From Candidatus Poseidoniaceae archaeon (lineage in GTDB: Archaea > Thermoplasmatota > Poseidoniia > Poseidoniales > Poseidoniaceae), in the NCBI GenBank assembly GCA_938084455.1, contig CALKDX010000023.1:1-63237 (forward strand): a DNA stretch of 63,237 bases, written 5' to 3'. Of this stretch, positions 35,001 to 44,379 are shown in pieces (the stretch's first letter is position 1; each line of letters starts with the position of its first letter). The notes below the pieces were generated by a model. It had not been told where the DNA came from, did not search any database, and saw nothing but the letters and a program-made list of their open reading frames with translations. Made by a program: the position numbers and the translations under genes.

Positions 35001-36143
35001 GTCAAGCATTGCTGGGAAATAAAACACCAGGACAGAAAGCCATAGCATTGAACTCAAAGTGATGTAAGTTCCGAGCGAACCCAATTCTTCGAACTTAAGT
35101 GGACCAAGAATAAGATTGAGGTCGGAACCACGTGCATAGAGCATGGCAAGGACGATGACTGAAATCAAAATAAACGACGCTTTTTGGATGATGTCCTTGC
35201 GTAGTTCTTGCTTCGACGCGTAATAGCCTTGAATGGCAAGTACGAACACCAAAAGGGACAATGCGCCTCCCTTGCCGGCAGAATCGTCTAAGTTTCCTGA
35301 ATGTGCTGCCTCGAAGAGGAGGGGTGTCAAACCGCTTGCGATGACAATCACGGTGAGGTTGATCGAATTGTTTGAACGAAGGGCCATCTCCATTGAAGCG
35401 ACGCTGAGGACAATGAGTGAGATTCCAAGTTCGTAACTGACGACTCCTCCCGACCAACGAAGCCAAGTGTTCATTCCTGCTCCAAGCAGAACAACCATCG
35501 GTGCATATGAGGCGATGGCCCAGCCAAACGAAGTTTGTCCTTTGAAATGGTGGAGCAGTCGATACTGGGCCATCATGACGCCAAGCAGCGCAATAGTTTG
35601 CACGTACACACCATATCCATTTGGATACCAATCATCGGTCCCTTCCAATACATTAGATCCAAAGAAGCCGCTGTCCTCAAACAACCCAATCATGAATCGT
35701 GCGCCCCATACGGCACCCACCGTTGAGAAAAAGAAACCAATGCCAAGCATGTAATCTTGTACATCTCGCAACTGGTGATCGTTCGCTCGGCTTTGAACTT
35801 CAATCCAACCAATCGCAATCAGAGCTGAGAGCATTCCGCCGAAGAACAGCACTGCAAAATCATTGTTCGAAGCGTCTTCATCGAAAGCAATTCGGTATAT
35901 GCTAAGCCAAATTGAACATAGGGCTATGCACAACATGATCACTTGTGAAAAGCGAATTAACGAGCGTTCATTATCGTCGATGACCGTTCCCGGAGCGCGC
36001 ACACGAACCGGTCGGGAAGGCGATTGAGCCTGACCCATCAATCCCGGATTCGGCATTGGTATGTCTTGAATCGGGGCGGCTGTTTTCGTTCTCTTTGGTG
36101 CTGCCATGACAAAAGATTTCCTTTTCTTGGTAAAAGGCTTCAC
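32037..36143 (-). CDS. Giant polytopic membrane protein (over 30 predicted helices), function unknown
   Basis: 1368-aa ORF, almost entirely hydrophobic helices. The acidic C-terminal soluble tail spans ~150 aa (EEDIEEIKEEEEIEPEGE...). Alternative ATG at 36107. Confidence 0.7.
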   Translation of the reverse strand: MKPFTKKRKSFVMAAPKRTKTAAPIQDIPMPNPGLMGQAQSPSRPVRVRAPGTVIDDNERSLIRFSQVIMLCIALCSIWLSIYRIAFDEDASNNDFAVLFFGGMLSALIAIGWIEVQSRANDHQLRDVQDYMLGIGFFFSTVGAVWGARFMIGLFEDSGFFGSNVLEGTDDWYPNGYGVYVQTIALLGVMMAQYRLLHHFKGQTSFGWAIASYAPMVVLLGAGMNTWLRWSGGVVSYELGISLIVLSVASMEMALRSNNSINLTVIVIASGLTPLLFEAAHSGNLDDSAGKGGALSLLVFVLAIQGYYASKQELRKDIIQKASFILISVIVLAMLYARGSDLNLILGPLKFEELGSLGTYITLSSMLWLSVLVFYFPAMLDQRLPWIPIGLAFALMIIPNSESAIPWIITVAILPYMLLISKATRKWVANATLGMAAVAYLVVDLYAWEMGIAQTETFGLSGLHFLIPLALITISEFSQRKQKTDLYVHMLVIASVALSRAVIGTQEWYTTWAFVIYLLYLARTGFSNLDEKSSLQSRWDASLRSLLANAVVVTLVLFEAIQIPEALIFRDYKLHVFFFAALSYGMLLNGREKEFDLGMLFSWTGSMVSGAPQYDPSTNTWIETPSFEEDEEAFVEKYSWSPLSRVSMIVPLIMMSSSMFVATSFLGETEAQDLVKAPYILVLLAVPIACLVWEILALKTISSKARAAAVWLLFAVGLAPSLVFNGYRFMMEGDPEYLDKNFLPGMLLLDLMLVSAPFIVAWAISKRGLDKDAISARADLYAMIGLIALACLDTSGGLLMIPMLALVTYYSVKHRQNIALMVAPVVLIFNANNWLELNGIGRLLTERIELLEQASSTSGMFGLSAASGLLLTLQMSYILLAQLLPSAKKIKKSLPWIGTWAWLAIGLMSMFPELDWFQWTPLFFTVVLMLNSWYNGQVQFLSLLLIAECVSLSIALGGTDNTLSDLDVFSWSVFITGVTAMLYSALHENGIMHANKDKEMPEPTMLTIPNLKTDEDREQLNEQFQIIGYLGLAFSISVMWGAGTIIGAALLTRTVVSRGLFNLTLFAPLVHGLALYNFLIQSDILPTDLFDLAIGLVLLAEGVGFTVLSIKNDAVYDHEAFDWGSDQTFFEFMDRIGLVGVGTMITSIFLIFNGGDTWTTLAFSLTTVVLVGVGIQGYSPEFDARWRRVVGGYGSIIMTFATANTLSFVSETIVNIGYMLGAIVTIGWIFMSSSRLGDSNALYTPEVEVSNEALVVVDSETHPEPTEVESIEKDDEEDIEEIKEEEEIEPEGEQAVETTQEPVEAELEIPPPVLTKERVQTEHGFEIELPDDMFNTILASIDSTPHEGFKPVVAFGPRGEVILNFEPQ

Positions 36144-36262
36144 CCGTTTCCACTGAACAAAGACGCCCTTTGGCAGCCATGGAGAAGCGCGGTGCCACCC
36201 TCAGTCATTTCTTCAATGGATTCAAAAAGTGGCAGTGGTTGGTACGTCCACGAGGCGTTGCT

Positions 36263-38266
36263 ATGTCGAAGGTTCAAACTACACTCACACTTCTCTGCTT
36301 GAGCTTATTCCTTTTCCCTGCTGTCGCTTTGGCGGTCCCTGTTGAGGCGAACCCCACAAGTGAACCAGTTGAGGAAGGGTGGTGGATGAACACCACCGTT
36401 GACCGCGATGGTAACGGAATCGGCGATATGGTTGAACGGCATAAGGACAACCCTCTCTTTTTGGATGAAGATGGAACGTTGCCGCTCATCATTGACTTCG
36501 ACCACACTCCAGATGATGCGGATGTTGCCTTGCTGGAGCGGGAAATTGACTTCCAACACCAATGGACATTGGAAGGGATCGATGCGCTAGCAGGTCGTGT
36601 ACCAGTCGATCGAATTCTCGACACAACGAGGCTCCCCGGCGTCGTGATGATTGAGTTGGACGGCATCTTGAGCATTGCCAATGGAGACGCAGCAGTCCTT
36701 CACGGCGTTGATACGGTCTGGGCTGACACAGGATACGACGGTGCAGGATCCTCAGTTGCGATTATCGATACCGGAATTGACGGTGCACACGCCAGCCTTG
36801 ACGATCTCGATGATGACAATTCAACAGACGATCCAAAGGTGATCGCTTTCTACGACCCGGTCAACAACCCGACGCTTACCAACGGTACCGAAGTCTTCCC
36901 ATACGACGATCAGGGGCACGGTTCGCACTGCGCTGGCACCACTGCTGGAACAGGAGCGCCAAATTATGAGCACATTGGGATGGCCCCACAAGCATTCCTT
37001 GTCGGCGTAAAAGTGCTGGATGCTGGTGGCTCTGGGTCCTTTGCGACCGTGATGGCAGGAATGGAATGGACCGTTGAAAACCGCTACAAATACAACATTC
37101 GTGGTGCCTCGATGAGTCTTGGAGGACCTGGTCTTGCAGAATGGGCATCCTCTGAAGATGACAGCGTCAACCGCTACGCCAATGAAATGATGTCCGCAGG
37201 CATCGCCATCTTCATCGCAGCAGGAAACAACGGCGTGTCTGCTCAAATCGGAACCCCAGGCTCCGCAGAGGACGCTATTACCGTTGGTGCGCTTGACAAA
37301 AACTCAGCCATTGCTGTGTACTCAAGCCAAGGTCCAACTGAAGAACTCCGTGTGAAGCCCAACATCGCTTATGTGGGCAGCAATGTCATGTCGGTGGCCT
37401 TCAACACCGGCGATCAATACACGGGCATGTCAGGGACCTCGATGGCAACTCCTGGTGCAGCAGGTGTTGCTGCTTTGATGTACCAAGCAAACCCGGACTT
37501 GTCACCGTTTGACATCAAGAACATCATGCAAGAAACAGCAACATACCGATTGTGCGTGTACATGGCTGCAAACGAGCCTTGCGCAGAAGACCTCCTTCCT
37601 AAAAACCGACAAAACAACGTCTATGGTCACGGTGAAGTTCGTGCCCTCGATGCAGTGTATGAGGCAGCAGAACGTGATTACGAATTTGATACCTCACTTG
37701 ACGTATCAATTACATCTGAGGTCGGAATGGATAGCCGCTTCCACATGGTTCCAAATGACGCCCTCTCCTATTCCGCCCTGGGCGATGTAGACACCATTCA
37801 ATGGCGAAGCAACCACCTGCGTGACGACTGGTCGAACATCCACAGTTTCTCCCCCGGTGACACAACGGGTACGCTGCAGGCCATCGATATTATTCATCAA
37901 CTTGAGCATCTGCCAGGAATCGACGTGGAGGGCAACCACACGATCTCTTTCCGTGGAATCAAAGCAAACGACAGTGGGGGGCATTCCTCTTCACCTCTCA
38001 TCTCTGCAAACATCATGCTCATGGACACAGCAAGTGCCTTTGAGACTCAAGACGAGTCGTCAACTGGACTCTCGACCACATCAATTGCGATTGGCGTGAT
38101 GTGCTTCATCATCATCTTCATCGTAGCCCTCCTCGTGGTCGGTGCAATCAGCGACAAGGAAGAAGGCACCTTCGCAGGTGTTGATTTCAAAACCCTACAA
38201 GATGGGAACGAAACTGGAATGGATGCGACTTTGCTCGATGAAGCTTCAACCGACGACTCGCCTTAG
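36263..38266 (+). CDS. Subtilisin-like (S8) serine protease with a C-terminal membrane anchor
   Basis: Signal peptide MSKVQTTLTLLCLSLFLFPAVALA. Triad motifs AIIDTGIDG, GHGSHCAGT and SGTSMATPGAAG. C-terminal helix IAIGVMCFIIIFIVALLVVGAI. The ORF track starts at 36170. Confidence 0.85.
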   Translation: MSKVQTTLTLLCLSLFLFPAVALAVPVEANPTSEPVEEGWWMNTTVDRDGNGIGDMVERHKDNPLFLDEDGTLPLIIDFDHTPDDADVALLEREIDFQHQWTLEGIDALAGRVPVDRILDTTRLPGVVMIELDGILSIANGDAAVLHGVDTVWADTGYDGAGSSVAIIDTGIDGAHASLDDLDDDNSTDDPKVIAFYDPVNNPTLTNGTEVFPYDDQGHGSHCAGTTAGTGAPNYEHIGMAPQAFLVGVKVLDAGGSGSFATVMAGMEWTVENRYKYNIRGASMSLGGPGLAEWASSEDDSVNRYANEMMSAGIAIFIAAGNNGVSAQIGTPGSAEDAITVGALDKNSAIAVYSSQGPTEELRVKPNIAYVGSNVMSVAFNTGDQYTGMSGTSMATPGAAGVAALMYQANPDLSPFDIKNIMQETATYRLCVYMAANEPCAEDLLPKNRQNNVYGHGEVRALDAVYEAAERDYEFDTSLDVSITSEVGMDSRFHMVPNDALSYSALGDVDTIQWRSNHLRDDWSNIHSFSPGDTTGTLQAIDIIHQLEHLPGIDVEGNHTISFRGIKANDSGGHSSSPLISANIMLMDTASAFETQDESSTGLSTTSIAIGVMCFIIIFIVALLVVGAISDKEEGTFAGVDFKTLQDGNETGMDATLLDEASTDDSP

Positions 38267-38328
38267 GCGAACTCTTGATGGCCCGCTGCCGGAGATAGTG
38301 ACAAAAGGAGAAACGGTTTCATCCCTCC

Positions 38329-39930
38329 ATGCGATGGCTGAAGGACCCCGTGGGGAATCATCACCCGCGCGTCAACAGAGGCTACCGTTTTTTCAGACGG
38401 TTTTTCCGTTCCCTCGTCACGGTTTGGTTTCGCGAAGTCAACATCGTTGACGATGAAAACTTACCCCCAGAGGGCGGTATTATCTTCATTTCGTGGCATC
38501 CAAGTGGTTTGATTGATCCGATGCTGATGAACGCTGCACTGCCAGGAAAAATTTCAATCATTGCCAAGCATACTCTGTTCAAACTGCCGCTGATAGGGAG
38601 AATTCTACGCTCTGCGGGCGGAGTTCCTGTCGAACGTGCTCAGGACAGCAGTGACAAATCTGGAGCAAGCGCTCGCAATGCAAAAATGCTTGCTGGAGTC
38701 TCATCCCTCGTCGCAAAGGGTGGGCGAATGATGATTTTCCCAGAGGGCACAACACATACAGAATCCAACGTCAAACAGGTTCGTTCTGGTGCTGCTCGAA
38801 TCCTCCTTTCTGCACGGCGCCAGGCTGCCCTAGAAGGTTATCCTGAGCCACAAATCGTTCCAATCGGTTTGCATTACTCCGATTCACAGAGGTTCAGGGA
38901 GCGAGCAGCGGTCATCATCGAGCGGGCAATGGCGTTCCCCCCAATCCCCATTATGGTGGACGACGAAGGTGCTCAGGACCTCGCCGATCGTGAATGGGTG
39001 GGTGCTGCTACCAAAAGCATCGGTGTAGAATTACAACGGGCAAGCCTCTCAAAAACAACTTGGCGTGAACGTACTTTAATTTGGAAAGGGCGAAGCCTCG
39101 CCTACGCTGAGCGCGTCCGGAAAACGGATGGTAAGCTCAAGAAACCAAGTTATGCCCACGCAGTCCTCGGTGCACGCAGGGTCCGTGCGGGATGGGATTA
39201 CATGTCAGCTAATAATCCAGAATTGGCAGCTGAAATTGTCGAAGAGGCAGAAGATCATTTCCAAGAACTCGATGAGAGAGGGATTACCCCCTTCGATATC
39301 GATTCGAAACCGGAACGTCTTACGAAAGCAGGTTTTTCGAAAGTATTCCTTTCATGGGCGTGGGCTGGTGCTTGGATGTTTGGTTTGATTTCTTGGGGTG
39401 CCATGTTAGGCAACATCGTTCCCTACAAGGCGAATGCCTTGCTCGTCAATCGTATGAAAGCAAAGGGTGCAGATGGTTCCATTATTAGCACAATCAAGAT
39501 CCTCTCGGCGCTCGTGTTCTTCCCTTTGTGGTGGATCCTTGCTTCATCGGGTGCGACATGGTTGCTGCTCAATCCATCAAGCCCTGTCAACGAACTGCTT
39601 CAGTTGCATTGGCTGCTCGAGCCGTTGGCCAACCTACCCACCTACCTTGTGTTCTGTGTTTTCTTCATCTATTGGCCGCTTTCAGCCAAGGCTCACATGC
39701 GTTTATTTGCCAAGGTTGTTGTCAATTATCGCGCGCTCAAGCGATGGCAATCATGGCGCGATGAGGAAATGAATTGGGACGAACTTGTCACCCGCCAACG
39801 CAAATTAGCGAGCCGTCTTGTCAGCATTGGTGAGGGCCTCATTCTTCCCGGAGACGAGGATTGGGTGGAGCCCCCGGCGGGTCAGGACGATGTTGTGTCG
39901 GTTCGCCTGAGAGCAAGCACTGCCGCATGA
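38329..39930 (+). CDS. PlsC-family (lysophospholipid/glycerol-phosphate) acyltransferase with C-terminal membrane helices
   Basis: Motif I variant FISWHPSGLIDP, motif III MMIFPEGTTH, and three C-terminal hydrophobic helices. 533 aa. Confidence 0.7.
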   Translation: MRWLKDPVGNHHPRVNRGYRFFRRFFRSLVTVWFREVNIVDDENLPPEGGIIFISWHPSGLIDPMLMNAALPGKISIIAKHTLFKLPLIGRILRSAGGVPVERAQDSSDKSGASARNAKMLAGVSSLVAKGGRMMIFPEGTTHTESNVKQVRSGAARILLSARRQAALEGYPEPQIVPIGLHYSDSQRFRERAAVIIERAMAFPPIPIMVDDEGAQDLADREWVGAATKSIGVELQRASLSKTTWRERTLIWKGRSLAYAERVRKTDGKLKKPSYAHAVLGARRVRAGWDYMSANNPELAAEIVEEAEDHFQELDERGITPFDIDSKPERLTKAGFSKVFLSWAWAGAWMFGLISWGAMLGNIVPYKANALLVNRMKAKGADGSIISTIKILSALVFFPLWWILASSGATWLLLNPSSPVNELLQLHWLLEPLANLPTYLVFCVFFIYWPLSAKAHMRLFAKVVVNYRALKRWQSWRDEEMNWDELVTRQRKLASRLVSIGEGLILPGDEDWVEPPAGQDDVVSVRLRASTAA

Positions 39931-39992
39931 GTGAAAAATATCCTACCCTAGGTTGATATGCGGCGTTCCCCACGTCGCCGTAGGCGACAGAC

Positions 39993-40595
39993 ATGGTAGG
40001 CACCGAACACGTTGAAATGATCCCTGTCGCGAAGAAGGAAATTTGGTCTGCAGAGGTCAACGGAAGGCCTGTTGAAATCCTGGCTCCATCGAACGCAGTT
40101 TTGCTCGATGTGTTGCGCGATGAAGTCGGAACACTTGGTGTCAAACGAGGGTGTGATTTGGGAACTTGCGGATGCTGTACCGTCATGATTGACGGCACGC
40201 CACGGCTCTCCTGCCTTTGTTTAGCCGGGCAAGTTGAAGGCTCTTCCATCATCACCGTCGAAGGTTTGGCTGATGGAGCACACCTCGCCCCTATCCAATC
40301 TTGTTTCGCAGAACATGGCGGTTCGCAATGTGGTTTTTGCACACCTGGTTTCCTTGTGACAGCACAAGCGCTGTTGAATGAAAACAGTGCACCCACCAAC
40401 GATGAAGTGGCACTAGCGATCGAAGGAAACTTGTGCCGATGCACTGGTTATCAACAAATCATCGATTCAATTCAAGCGGCAGCCGCCATTCACCGAGGTG
40501 AAGCCGAACCAGCACCACCGGCAAGCAATCCACACCCCGATCCACATCCGAGCGGGCCTGAAGAACCACAAATGCCTCCGGGCCACGCAAGGTGA
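39993..40595 (+). CDS. [2Fe-2S]-binding small subunit of a xanthine-dehydrogenase-family molybdoenzyme
   Basis: Motifs GCDLGTCGCCTV and CGFCTPGF...CRCTGY. Pro-rich C-terminal extension. Confidence 0.9.
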   Translation: MVGTEHVEMIPVAKKEIWSAEVNGRPVEILAPSNAVLLDVLRDEVGTLGVKRGCDLGTCGCCTVMIDGTPRLSCLCLAGQVEGSSIITVEGLADGAHLAPIQSCFAEHGGSQCGFCTPGFLVTAQALLNENSAPTNDEVALAIEGNLCRCTGYQQIIDSIQAAAAIHRGEAEPAPPASNPHPDPHPSGPEEPQMPPGHAR

Positions 40596-43405
40596 TCGTC
40601 ATGTCTGGAGGCTATCGTCAACAACCCGGAGGGGCTGGAAAAACCACTCGTAAAGACGGCAAGCGCGTCGCAGGCAAACAAGCGTTCCCGCCACCAGGTT
40701 CAGGAGGCTCAAAGCCAAAAATGGCTCCACGGGATCTGGACTACATTCCAGAAATGGTCGGTGGAAAAGAAGCACAACCAGCTGGCGCTCACATCCATGA
40801 CCGTGCACGCACTGGAACCACTGTTGGAAAGCCAACAGCTTTGGTTGACTCAAATGCCAAGGTGACTGGTCAGGCTTGGTACGGGGATGACGTACGACTC
40901 TCGAATGAAGTGATTGGAAAGATCTTGCGCTCACCTCACCACTATGCGAAAATAAAATCGATTGATACATCAAAAGTCGAGGCCCTTCCAGGCGTTCTTG
41001 CCGTGGCAACAGGTGCAGATTCACCCCACCAATTCGGGGTATTGCCCGTCACCAAGGATGAACATGCCATGGCTGTAGAGAAAGTCCGTCACGTCGGTGA
41101 CCTTGTTGCTTGTGTGGCAGCAGTTGATGAAGCAACAGCAATGGCTGCTCTCAACCTTTTTGAGGTGGAATACGAAGTTCTGGAGCCAGTCTTTGATCCA
41201 AAAAAGGGACTGGAAGACACCGATGAGCCAATTCACTGGCGGGGCAAGTACCATTTGGCTCGTACCAATGTCCAAAAGCGTGTGTTTCAAGAGTTTGGAG
41301 ATCGTTCGTTGGTTGAGAAACCCCTCGCATCATCCCATGGGAAATGGAACATGGCAGGTGTCCATCACGGCTTCACTGAACCTCACGCAGTGGTCGCTCA
41401 TTGGGATCCTAACGGCAGACTTCAACTCTACACTCCACAACAGGTGCCTCACTACACTCACCGTGCCCTAGCGACCGTTCTGGACGTCCCAATGCACCAA
41501 ATCAATGTCATTCGAACCTTCGTTGGCGGAGGATTTGGCGGGAAATCAGACCCATTCCCTCACGAGATGTGCGCTGCAATTCTATCGCGGAAATCTGGGC
41601 GACCTGTTCGCATCACCTTCGACCGAGAGGAAGTCTATTGGATCAATCGAGGACGCCACCCTAGCCACATCGAAGTCAAGATGACTGCGGATGAAGAAGC
41701 CCGTATTTCCGGCTTCGATATCGATGCTCTCATCGACGGAGGAGGCTTTGCTTCCTTTGGTCACGTAACCTCGTATTACAACGGAGTTCTCGCAACTGCC
41801 CCATACGAACTTGGCTCCTTCCACTACACGGGTGCACGTGTGTGGACCAATAAACCAGCCTCAGGCGCCATGCGTGGGCATGGGGCAGTCAACACGCGAT
41901 GCGCCGTTGAAGTCGGATTGGATGAAATGTCAGAGCAGTTGAAGGTCGATCCAATCGACTTGCGTTTGGCGAATCTTCTGCCACCTCACAGCCGAACCAT
42001 CAGTGGGTTTAGAATCACATCAAACGGCATGCGTGAAGCCTTAGAAAAGGTCCGTGAAGGATCCGATTGGGATAACAAGTTCCGTCAAATGCCGCTCGGA
42101 AAAGGCATCGGGATTGGCTGTGGTTTCTTCATCTCGGGTTCCGGTCTTCCGATTCATTGGGATCCAAACCGGTTCCCACACGCAACCGTGCACATCCAAG
42201 TGGACATGGATGGGGGCGTAACCGTTCACACCGGTGCTGCAGACATTGGTCAAGGTTCGACCACCGCTGTGGCCCAAGTGGTCGCAGAAGTGCTTGCTCT
42301 GCCCTTGGAAATGATTCATGTCCGAAGCCATGAGAGCGACACCTCACCCGTCGACCTTGGTTCTTATTCGAGCCGTGTCACCTTCATGAATGCGAACGCT
42401 GCCATTCGTGCCGCCCTTGAGATTCGTGAGCAGCTGCTCAAAGCAGCATGGGAGGTGCTTGGCTACCACCCGAATAATTTGGTCCTTAACGACCGCCGTA
42501 TTTACTACAAACACGACCCTGCGATTGGTATTTCCTACCTCAAAGCATTGCACAAAGCGCAAGAGGACAAAGGGGCACTCATCGCCAGCGGCGCCTACCG
42601 CTCCCCCCCGATGGGTGGGGTCCACAAAGGTGCAGCAGCAGGTCTTGCACCAGCGTATTCTTTCTCTGCTTACGTTGCGGAAGTTGATGTTGATGTCGAA
42701 ACGGGCCTGATCAAGTGCACCAATGTTTGGGCTGCTCACGATTGTGGCAAGGCGCTGAATCCGCTTGCGGTCAAAGGGCAAATCATCGGTTCGTGTCACA
42801 TGGGCCTTGGACAGGTGCTGTCAGAGAAAATGGTGTACGGGCGCACTGGCCACTTGCAGAACCCTAACCTTTTGGAATACAAGATTCCGTCGGTTCACGA
42901 GATGCCTCATGTCGAGCCAATCATCATTGAGTCATGCGATCCTGAAGGGCCTTTCGGGGCTAAAGAAGCAGGCGAGGGTCCACTCTTGCCGATTCTTCCG
43001 GCCGTCGTGAACGCCGTCTACGATGCAATTGGCATTCGATTGCGAGACCTTCCATTGACGCCTGATGTTGTTTTCAAAGGCATCGAGAAAGGCATGAAAG
43101 CCGCCGGTGTTGATGATCCGTTGGACCTTGAATCCCCGAGGGTCGAACACGGTGATTTGCAACCAATTCTTGTCAAGCGAGCCGCTGAACACAAGACACG
43201 CGATCGGTCACGGCAACGAAGTGAAGACACAAGTCCGTATGTGAACGGCGTGCTGTTTGGCTTTGATCCAAACTTGCCGCTGGAAGACCAGGTCGAGGGC
43301 TGGCGCATGGCAACAGAACCTGATCCAGAACAACTTGCAGCGCTTGGTTTAGCCGGAAAGGCGTGGCTCAAAAAAGAGCAGCGGCACATGGGCGGTGATG
43401 AATGA
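40592..43405 (+). CDS. Molybdopterin-binding large subunit (xanthine dehydrogenase / aldehyde oxidoreductase family)
   Basis: FVGGGFGGKS, active-site loop SGAMRGHGAV, and catalytic-Glu region AKEAGEGPLLP. N-terminal (~75 aa) and C-terminal (~150 aa) extensions. GTG 40592 overlaps the upstream stop; alternative ATG at 40601. Confidence 0.9.
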   Translation: MIVMSGGYRQQPGGAGKTTRKDGKRVAGKQAFPPPGSGGSKPKMAPRDLDYIPEMVGGKEAQPAGAHIHDRARTGTTVGKPTALVDSNAKVTGQAWYGDDVRLSNEVIGKILRSPHHYAKIKSIDTSKVEALPGVLAVATGADSPHQFGVLPVTKDEHAMAVEKVRHVGDLVACVAAVDEATAMAALNLFEVEYEVLEPVFDPKKGLEDTDEPIHWRGKYHLARTNVQKRVFQEFGDRSLVEKPLASSHGKWNMAGVHHGFTEPHAVVAHWDPNGRLQLYTPQQVPHYTHRALATVLDVPMHQINVIRTFVGGGFGGKSDPFPHEMCAAILSRKSGRPVRITFDREEVYWINRGRHPSHIEVKMTADEEARISGFDIDALIDGGGFASFGHVTSYYNGVLATAPYELGSFHYTGARVWTNKPASGAMRGHGAVNTRCAVEVGLDEMSEQLKVDPIDLRLANLLPPHSRTISGFRITSNGMREALEKVREGSDWDNKFRQMPLGKGIGIGCGFFISGSGLPIHWDPNRFPHATVHIQVDMDGGVTVHTGAADIGQGSTTAVAQVVAEVLALPLEMIHVRSHESDTSPVDLGSYSSRVTFMNANAAIRAALEIREQLLKAAWEVLGYHPNNLVLNDRRIYYKHDPAIGISYLKALHKAQEDKGALIASGAYRSPPMGGVHKGAAAGLAPAYSFSAYVAEVDVDVETGLIKCTNVWAAHDCGKALNPLAVKGQIIGSCHMGLGQVLSEKMVYGRTGHLQNPNLLEYKIPSVHEMPHVEPIIIESCDPEGPFGAKEAGEGPLLPILPAVVNAVYDAIGIRLRDLPLTPDVVFKGIEKGMKAAGVDDPLDLESPRVEHGDLQPILVKRAAEHKTRDRSRQRSEDTSPYVNGVLFGFDPNLPLEDQVEGWRMATEPDPEQLAALGLAGKAWLKKEQRHMGGDE

Positions 43406-44379
43406 TGTTGATGCCTCCTTTTACCCTCCACCATCCAACATCCGTTGATGCTGCATGTGAATTAGCAGCGCAATTAATGGGTGCAGGAGAAGCCTTTGAT
43501 TGGGTTGCTGGTGGAACAGATTTGCTGCCCAATTACAAGTGGCACATCAATCCAAAGCCCCACGTCATCTCCTTGGCGAAGATTGGCGGAACATCCACAA
43601 TCTCGGGTTCAGAAATGGGCTGTATGGTCCGGCTTGCGGACATCACTGAAGAAAATGGAGCTCACCCTGTTGTGGTCCAAGCCGCTTCCAAAGTCGCTTC
43701 CTCATTGGTTCGAACCAACGCCACACTTGGCGGGAATTTGTGCCTCGACACTCGATGTTTCTGGTACAACCAAGGTGAAGATTGGCGTCGTTCAATCGAT
43801 TGGTGCCACAAAGCAGATTGTGGCACAGGTGCAGATTGCCGCGTCATCCCAAACCAAAACACCCTCTGTGTCGCAACCTATCAAGGCGACATTGCGCCAA
43901 CGCTGATGGTGCTCGGGGCCAGCGTTCATCTCATCGGCCCTAACGGTGCGAGAACACTGCCAATCGAATCCTTTTACCAACTCGATGGTATGAAAAAGAA
44001 CGTGCTTGAAGAAGGCGAATTCCTTCTCAAAGTCACCCTCCCTGAAGATGCAGCCACGCGCACTGGTTCGTATCAAAAACTCAGGGTTCGAGATTCGTGG
44101 GATTTCCCAGAAGCAGGCGTAGCAGCCTCTTGGGTCGCAGGTGACCCATCATCGCTACGAATTGCAACCACGGCGCTTGAATCAATTCCCCGCACCCATC
44201 CTGAACAAGTCGAAGAGGTCCTGAAGCCTGGCTGGGAGGGCGTTGATTCAGTCAAAGCACTTTCAACAGCGGTTCAAAAGAGCGTCAAACCAGTCAACAA
44301 CACTGCTTTACCACCTCGTTACCGCCGTTCAATGGTGCGTGTGTTGACCAAGAGAGCCGTCCAAGGTTTGCTGGAGTGA
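43402..44379 (+). CDS. FAD-binding medium subunit (CoxM/XdhB-like)
   Basis: AGGTDLLP motif and TLGGNL. Its ATG overlaps the large-subunit stop (ATGA). Confidence 0.85.
   Translation: MMLMPPFTLHHPTSVDAACELAAQLMGAGEAFDWVAGGTDLLPNYKWHINPKPHVISLAKIGGTSTISGSEMGCMVRLADITEENGAHPVVVQAASKVASSLVRTNATLGGNLCLDTRCFWYNQGEDWRRSIDWCHKADCGTGADCRVIPNQNTLCVATYQGDIAPTLMVLGASVHLIGPNGARTLPIESFYQLDGMKKNVLEEGEFLLKVTLPEDAATRTGSYQKLRVRDSWDFPEAGVAASWVAGDPSSLRIATTALESIPRTHPEQVEEVLKPGWEGVDSVKALSTAVQKSVKPVNNTALPPRYRRSMVRVLTKRAVQGLLE

Noticed and set aside
40592-43405. Annotation of the molybdoenzyme as aerobic CO dehydrogenase (CoxL)
   Set aside because: The active-site loop is SGAMRGHGAV, not AYRCSFR or AYRGAGR. I call it only a xanthine-dehydrogenase-family enzyme.
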